Position numbers and translations under genes: made by a program. This document shows, in pieces, positions 56,165 through 64,000 of a stretch of 64,000 nucleotides of DNA (positions within the stretch are counted from its first letter, which is position 1; each line of letters starts with the position of its first letter). Where the stretch lies: the NCBI GenBank assembly GCA_964016885.1, contig OZ024741.1, positions 159,216,001 to 159,280,000 on the forward strand. Reading direction: 5' to 3'. This stretch comes from Eledone cirrhosa. Lineage: Eukaryota. Below the pieces are notes generated by a model. It was not told the DNA's origin. It was given only the letters and a program-made list of their open reading frames with translations, and did no database searches.

Positions 56165-57210
56165 CAGGCAAACTATCTAAGAACGTAGACTTTATATGTG
56201 GCCAATGCAATAAGTAGCAAGTGTCCAAAGGATACTAGCTCATTCCATTTTCCCAGATGGTTCTATAGAAATAGTAGACACTTTCCGTTACCTGGGTGAC
56301 AAAATCAGCAGTGGTGGAGGGTGTTCTGAAAGTACAGTAGCCAGAGTCAGAACGGGATGGAAAAAGTTCAGAGAGCTTATACCGCTGTTGGCCACAAAAG
56401 GTTTCTCTCTAAAATTGAAAGGCAGATTGTATGATGCCTGTATACGAACAGCAATGCTACATGGCAGTGAGACATGGGCATTACGTGCAGAGGACCTGCG
56501 TAGACTGGAAAGGAACGAAGCATGCCTGCTCCGTTGGATGTGTAATAGTAATATACGTGAACAGCAAAGCATAAATGAACTAAGTGAGAAATTAGGTATA
56601 AGAGGGATCAGATGCTGTTTACTTGATATGGTCACGTCATGCGCATGAAAGACAACAGCTGCATAAAAAAGTGCAGAGCAATCAAAATTGATGGTAGTTA
56701 CGAAGTAGGTAGACCCAGAAAAACCTGGGATGATCTGATAAATTCCGACCTCACACACTGACATCTCTCTAAGACAATGTCTCTGGACCGAGATCTTTGG
56801 CACTACGTAGTAATACAGAAGACCTGCCTTGCCTATGTACAAAGCGAAACCTACAGTCAGTAGGCACCTCTTAACCAAATATACACCCCAATCTACTACC
56901 CCTACCCTATCCTTCCACTCCCACCAACAGCACGAGAAAATGAGATCGAGTTCGTGTTGGTGTCACGACAAAAAAAACACACATAGTCCACGCTGTAATG
57001 TGGCCGTGTAGGTAACACGGTAAAAAGTTCCCAGTTCCACACTGTAAATGTGGTTGGTGTTAGGAAGGGCATCCAGCCGTAGAAAACCTGCCAGATAGTC
57101 CTATATGAGCGAGACACGGTCACCCGACACGCCTTGCCTCAAATGGGACAACTCCTGTCTAACCCATGCTAGCGTGGAAAATGGATGTTAAACGAAGATG
57201 ATGATGATGA
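56165..57210 (+). mobile_element. Older RTE subfamily A-like 3' fragment
   Basis: FRYLGDKISSGGGCSES...; frameshifts; 3' UTR and (GAT)n. A separate UTR-only copy follows at 57248-57397. Confidence 0.9.
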
Positions 57211-57434
57211 TTATATATATATATATGTATCTATATGTATATATATGTAAATGTGGTTGGTGTTAGGAAGGGCATCCAGCTGTAGAAAACCCGCCAGACA
57301 GTCCTATGCGAGCAAGACAATCACTCTTGCCTCAAGTGGGAAAACCCCCGTCCAAACCCATGCAAGCGTGGAACACGGACGTTAAACGTTGATGATGATA
57401 TATATATATATATATATATGTATGTATATGTATG

Positions 57435-57473
<39 letters not shown>

Positions 57474-57478
57474 GTATA

Positions 57479-57523
<45 letters not shown>

Positions 57524-57549
57524 ATATATATATATATGTATGTATATGC

Positions 57550-57583
<34 letters not shown>

Positions 57584-57791
57584 GTATATATATATCCATG
57601 CATTTATCTATATAGTTATATAGCTGTCTATGTATTTATCTACCCGTATATCTTCCTCCCAACTATATATCTGTCCATATAACCGTCCGCTATCCATCAA
57701 TTTATCTATCTTTCTATCTCTGTTAATCATATACACATGTATATATACACAGATAATAAATATAAATATATGTATGTGTATATATATATAT

Positions 57792-58553
57792 ACCGTGATA
57801 TTGTCGGGGAGAAGTGTGTACTTAATGATGACGGCGTACTTGCCATCACCGACGCTGATAAGAAGGTAGCTTGGAAGTGTCACTATGAAAGGCTACTGAA
57901 TGAGGAGAATAAATGGGAGAAAGACAGTCTCCCCCATATCGACCCAATAGAGGGACCAGCAGTGTTAGTCAAGGGTAGTATAATAAGTAAGGCAATCAAG
58001 GATATGAAGACGGGTAAGGCAGCTGGGCCTTCGGAAATAGTTGCTGAGATGCTGAAGGCATCTGGCACGGTGGGACACATCATGGTCACCCGGATAGTTA
58101 ACCAAGTCGTACAGAATGGGGTTGTTCCGAAGGACTGGCGTAGCAGCATCATCGTTAACTGTTAAATACATAGTAAAACCTACTACAGTCAGTAAGCATC
58201 TCTAACAAAATACACCCCCGTCCCACCACCCCCACCCCATCCACACCGCCCCCTTCTATGTAAAGTTATGTTGGTGCCACACCATCCAGGCCGAAACAAA
58301 TGAGATCGTGTAGGTGTCACGACAAAAAAACACACAGTCCACGCTGTAATGTGGCCGTGTAGGCAACACGGTAACAACCTCCCAGCTCCACACTGTAAAT
58401 GTGGTTGGTGTTAGGAAGGGCATCCAACTGGAGAAAACCTGCCAGACAGTCCTATGCGAGCAAGACAACCACTCTTGCCTCAAGTGGGAATACCCCCGTC
58501 CAAACCCATGCAAGCGTGGAACACGGACGTTAAACATTGATGATGATGATGAT
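57792..58553 (+). mobile_element. Internally deleted RTE subfamily A copy
   Basis: RDIVGEK...SIIVNC is joined directly to the stop codon/3' UTR at ~58163; intact tail. Confidence 0.92.
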
Positions 58554-59169
58554 ATATATATATATACAGATTATAGGTATAGATATATGTGTGTGTGTGT
58601 GTGTGTATATTTATGTGTGTATATCATTATCATCATCATCTTCGTTTTACGTCCATCTTCCACGCTAGCATGGGTTAGACGGGAGTTGTCCCACTTGAGG
58701 CAAGGTTGGTCGAGTGACCGTGTCTCGCTCATATAGGACTATCTGGCAGGTTTTCTATGGCTGGATGCCCTTCCTAACACCAACCATACAGAGCTGTATG
58801 GGAGCCTCCCAAAAGTCAGCTCAAAAGTGACACAGAGGAGACTGAGGTTAGCTGGACATGCTCACCGACATCCAGAGTTGACATTGCACTGTGCTCCTGT
58901 GGGAGCCCCTACATGGACACACTGGAAGAGGAAGACCAAGGTTAACGTATGTTGATGCCCTAAGGACAGACACTCGTCTGTTGGAGACGCAGGACATGGC
59001 AGCGATAATGAGGGACAGAGACCGCTGGAGAGAACTCGTCCATGGATCTCGGGAATTTTACCCGCCCTAGATAGAGAGAGATATATATATATATACATAA
59101 ATATATTATATACATATGTATATATATATTTATGTATTTATATATAAATACATACGTAAAAATAAAAAA

Positions 59170-60095
59170 AGATGAAAACCATGACAGTAGGAAGTTTCTT
59201 TGCTCTAGCTCCCTCTAAAATTCTCCTCAGCATCAGGAGTGTTAAGGCTAAAAAAATATCAGATGCTGAATTTGCTGACCACATAGCTCTAGTGATAAAC
59301 ACAGTGAAGGAGGTAGATGTGTGAGAGGCTGAGAATGAATGCGAGTAAGACAAAGTATGTGGTAGAGAACATCAAGGAACCAGAGAAGATTATAAATGTG
59401 GGCAGGAAGCCACTAGAGCTGGTTGAGGACTTCTTGTGTCTGGGAGCAAAGATTGGGAATACAGAGGATGATGTGGTGGAGAAGAAGTGCAAAGCCTGGG
59501 CAGTGTGTCACAGTTTGAAGTCAAACCTTCGAAAAGACCTCAAGATCTGTTTCTTCATCACGACAGTGGAGTCTGGGTCACTGACCAAGAGACTCATTCA
59601 GATGGTGGATGGATGCTTCACAAGGAGGCTGAGGATGGCTCTGAACATTAATCAGTATGCACTGAGGATGAAGAACTCAGAGCTGTATGGGAGCCTCCCA
59701 AAAGTCAGCTCGGAAGTAACACAGAGGAGACTGAGATTAGCTGGGCATCATCACCAACATTCAGAGTTGCACACAGTGATCTTGTGGGAGCCCCTACACC
59801 AGTGGTTCTCAACCGGGGTCCACAGGCAAAAAATAGAATAAGCTTTTCTTTTGTCGAATAGCTATGAGGGGTGCACCCCAAAAAAATAGAGGAAAAGGGG
59901 TCCATGAATAAAAAAAGGTTGAGAACGACTGCCCTACACAGACACACTGGAAGACGGAGACCAAGGATGACATATGTTGATGTCCTAACGATAGACACTT
60001 GTCTCTGGGAGAAGTGAGATGTAACAGCGATGATGAAGGACTGAGACCACTTAAAGGAACTCATTAATTCACCTCAGGAATTTACCTGCCCTACA
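59170..60095 (+). mobile_element. Decayed BovB-like RTE with an inverted 5' piece; a second 3' fragment lies at 58788-59070
   Basis: EFADHIAL, LRMNASKTK, EDFLCLG and RRLRLAGH on +; LRRILEGARAKKLPTVMVFI on - at 59170-59240. Confidence 0.8.
59800..59931. mobile_element. hAT/Charlie-type MITE with 8-bp TSD
   Basis: CCCTACAC|CAGTGGTTCTCAACC...GGTTGAGAACGACTG|CCCTACAC, nested in the LINE. Confidence 0.92.
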
Positions 60096-60113
60096 TAGAT
60101 ATAGATATATATG

Positions 60114-60619
60114 TCATCATCATCATCATCATCATCATTTTACGTCCGCTTTTCCCTGCTTGCAAGGGTGGGACGGGTCTTATTCAGCACAGCATCTCTC
60201 CACTCGTCACGGTCCTTCGTCATCTCCGCCGTGAGCTTCAGCGATCTAAGGTCTGTTCTCACCACCTCCGCCCATGTTTTTCGTGGTCTACCTCTACCAC
60301 ATCTTCCTTCAACTGGCATTTCCTGGCACTTCTCCCATCTGTTACAGTTTCTCTCTCAATACTTTCATGCTGGGTTGTTCACGCACATTGACATTGCACA
60401 TCCAACGGAGCATGCTTGCCTCATTTCTCTCCAGCCGTCGGATATCCTCTGCCGTTGCTGCGCATGTCTCACTACCATGCAGCATCGCGCTCCTCACACA
60501 GGCATCGTATAACCGGCCTTTCGTACGCAGGGAGAAACCCTTCTTTGTCAGCAGAGGAAGCAGCTCCCTAAACTTCTTCCAACCTGTCCTTATTCTAGAT
60601 ACTATGGTCTCGGATGCAT
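60114..60619 (-). mobile_element. RTE subfamily B 3' fragment with internal deletion
   Basis: ASETIVSRIRTGWKKFRELLPLL...GRPRKTW and (GAT)n tail. Confidence 0.9.
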
Positions 60620-60723
60620 ATTATATGTGTATATATACATGCATACTATGGCCTCAGATGCATATTATATGTGTATATATATACTATGTATGCATATTAT
60701 ATGTGTATATATACTATGTATGC

Positions 60724-60865
60724 ATAGAGTTACGGCCCTTTCCATTCTGAGTTCAAATCCCGCCGAGGTTAACTTTGCCTTTCATCCTTACGGGGTCGAT
60801 AAAATAAAGTACCAGTAATGTACTGGGTAATTTGCTGGCCTTGTGCTAAAAAGTAGAAACAATTA
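60724..60865 (+). mobile_element. Young (ATT)-tailed SINE, 5'-truncated
   Basis: Nearly the reverse complement of 2553-2692 and 8297-8437. Confidence 0.88.
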
Positions 60866-60906
60866 TATGTGTATATATATACTATGTATACATATTATAT
60901 GTGTAT

Positions 60907-60940
<34 letters not shown>

Positions 60941-61639
60941 AATATGCATATACATATATATATATACACACATATAATATGCATATAAATTTATATACAA
61001 AGTGTTAAAATGATCAAATTTTAGTTTAGGACATTTATTTGCTGACAATTGTTTCTTCCAGAGGGAAGTCTGGTATCATCAGAGCATAGGCAATGTCGAA
61101 ACATTTAACTAAAACCCTAGTCATTTAGAACATTTATGGTACATAATTGTTTTTAGTGTCAAAGGCATAATGTGGAGAGTCAGGAGTTAAAAAGATGTTC
61201 TGCTTGAAAGAACACAATTACAGCACTGGTTGAAAGTGTAAGATGTATAAGCGAAAAGCGCAAGCAAAAAAATACTGGTTACCGGCTAGTACTTAGTACT
61301 ACCCTCCATATTTATAGTTGTATCAAACATATATAAATATAAATATTCTTATTACATATATATATATACACATAATATGCATACATATATATATAAACAA
61401 AAAAAAACAAAAAAACTCACAGTCCACGCTGTAATGTGGCCATGTAGGTAACACGGTAAAAAGTTCCCAGTTCCACACTGTAAATGCGGTTGGTGTTAGG
61501 AAGGGCATCCAACCGTAGAAAGCCTGCCAGATAGTGCTATATAGCGAGACACGGTCACCCGACCAACCTTGCTTCAAGTGGCACAACTCCCGTCTAATCC
61601 ATGCTAGTGTGGAAGATGGTGATGATGATATATATACAT

Positions 61640-61684
<45 letters not shown>

Positions 61685-62100
61685 CATACAAATATACATA
61701 TATATATATATATACATATATATAGTTTTTGTATTTTTGACCGTTGGTCAGTCAATGATATTGAGGTCCAAATAAATTAACTGTGGAGATATAAAAGGTA
61801 CAGAAGCAAAAACCAACCAAACAGTGAGTGTGTTCTGTTATTATTTTTGGCAATATTATTACAACAATATGACCATCCCAAGTATAACAATATATAATAT
61901 GCATACATATATATATACATATATAATATGCATACATATATATATACATATATAATATGCATACATATATATATACATATATAATATGCATACATATATA
62001 TATACATATATAATATGCATACATATATATATACATATATATATACATATATACATACATATATATATACATATATATACATACATATATATACATACAT

Positions 62101-64000
62101 TACTAAATGAGGAGAATGCATGGGAAGAAGAGACCCTACCCCACGTAGACCCTATAGAGGGACCAGCAGTACAAGTCAGCGGCAGCGTAGTAAGTAAGGC
62201 AATCAGAGATATGAAGATAGGGAAGGCAACCGGTCCATCGGGTATAGCTGCCGAGATGCTGAAGGCATCTGGGTCTGTAGGTCACACTATAACCACACGT
62301 ATCGTTAACCAGGTAATACTAGAGGGGGCCATACCAAAAGATTGGTGCAGTAGCATCATTGTCAACTGCTACAAAGGTAAAGGCGATGCACTAGATAGAG
62401 GAAACTATAGAGGTATAAAGTTGATGGACCAGGTCATGAAAGTAACAGAAAGAGTTATAGCACAGCTGATTAGGGACCGGGTGAATATAGACGAGATGCA
62501 ATTTGGGTTTGTACCAGGGAAAGGCACCACTGATGCGCTCTTCCTTGTGAGGCAATTACAGGAAAAGTACCTAGCTAAAAGTAAGCCACTCTACTTGGCA
62601 TTTGTCGACCTTGAGAAAGCCTTTGACAGAGTTCCACGTGCAGTAATCTGGTGGGCTCTTAGAAAACTAGGAGTAGATGAATGGCTTGTGAAAGCGGTAC
62701 AAGCCATGTATAGGGGAGCAGTCAGCAAAGTTAGGATTGGCAATGAGTATAGCGAGGAATTTAGCGTACAGGTTGGGGTCCACCAGGGCTCTGTTCTTAG
62801 CCCTCTCCTGTTCATCATAGTCCTGCAGGCAATAACGGAGGAGTTTAAGACCGGATGCCCATGGGAACTCCTGTATGCTGATGACCTCGCACTCATAGCT
62901 GAATCTATGGTAGAACTAGAGAATAAATTCCAAACCTGGAAGCAGGGACTAGAGAGAAAGGGCCTCAAAGTCAACATGACAAAGACTAAGGTCCTTATAA
63001 GTAGACGAGAAAACAGAACCCAGATCCCCTCAGGGAAATGGCCTTGCTCAGTATGTAGGAAAGGTGTAGGTAGGAACTCCATTCTTTGCCCCAAATGCAA
63101 ACAATGGGTACACAAGAGATGTAGCGGGATCTCAGGAAGCTTAATTAAGAATGTAGGATTCACATGCAGCAGCTGTGCTGAAACAGCAAGCAAACAGCCA
63201 CAGGAAACAAGTACCACCAATCTCTGGGAGGGCCCTGTAGAAACAGTAGACAGCTTCTGCTACCTAGGTGACCGAATTAGCAACGGAGGTGGGTGCTCAG
63301 AAAGTACGATAACTAGGGTAAGAACGGGATGGAAGAAGTTTAGGGAACTACTACCACTGCTAGCTGCAAAAGGCTTCTCCCTCAGAATGAAAGGCAGACT
63401 GTATGATGCGTGTATCCGAACAGCGATGTTGCATGGTAGTGAGACCTGGGCGCTGAAGGTGGAAGACTTACGTAGATTAGAGAGAAACGAAGCCTGCATG
63501 CTCCGATGGATGTGTAACAGTAATATACGTGAACGACAAAGCATAAATGAATTGAGAGAGAGACTGAGCATAAGAGGAATCAAATGCTGCGTGCAGGAGA
63601 GGCGGTTACGCTGGTATGGACATGTGATGCGTATGAAGGATGACAGCTGCATAAAAAGGTGCAGAGCACTAGAAGTTGATGGAAACCGCGGAGTGGGGAG
63701 ACCCAAGATGACTTGGGATGAGGTGATAAAAGCCGACCTTACCCAACTACACCTCTCAAAGTCAATGACACACGACCGTGACTTCTGGCGTCACGCAGTA
63801 ATACAGGGTACCCGACCTCCCATGGGTACATGCTGAAGCATATAAACAATATGCCCCCCCCCCCACCGCAAGGTGGTCGTGGAGGTGCCACGGCAAAAAA
63901 GCACCCAGCCCACACTGTAAAGTGGACGTGTAGGCGCCACGAAAAAGCACCCAGCACTCACTGTAAATGAGGTTGGTGTTAGGAAGGGCATCCAGCTGTA
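62101..64000 (+). mobile_element. RTE subfamily C, 5'-truncated, uninterrupted RT ORF to 63836, 3' UTR runs off the window
   Basis: All RT motifs plus the PHD-type insert; diverged from subfamily A largely at synonymous sites; starts directly after a TACA microsatellite. Confidence 0.95.

Overview
AT-rich animal genomic DNA made almost entirely of repeats. The SINE and LINE content and the very long (TA)n tracts suggest a coleoid cephalopod such as Octopus; this is inference from recalled repeat motifs, not a database result. No host protein-coding gene could be supported, and most ORF-track entries are translations of (TA)n/(CA)n microsatellites. Recognisable content: (1) many young RTE-clade LINE copies from at least three subfamilies, two of which (A and C) show a C4HC3 PHD-type finger inserted inside the RT; (2) a full-length but dead IR/DR Tc1 transposon; (3) remnants of Dong/R4, CR1, Tx1/L1, BovB-like RTE and Ty3/Gypsy elements; (4) strand-polarised clusters of tRNA-derived SINEs and several MITEs; (5) Penelope-like (GIY-YIG) remnants carrying minimal type I hammerhead ribozyme motifs. 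The most striking unexplained pattern is a recurring architecture shared by about ten loci from several unrelated sequence families: (TA)n - inverted arm - short loop - arm - a 40-90 bp one-sided tail - (TA)n. Several carry hammerhead cores in both arms. Nearly all retroelement junctions fall in (TA)n, and some complex TA arrays appear to be seeded from element junction sequences.
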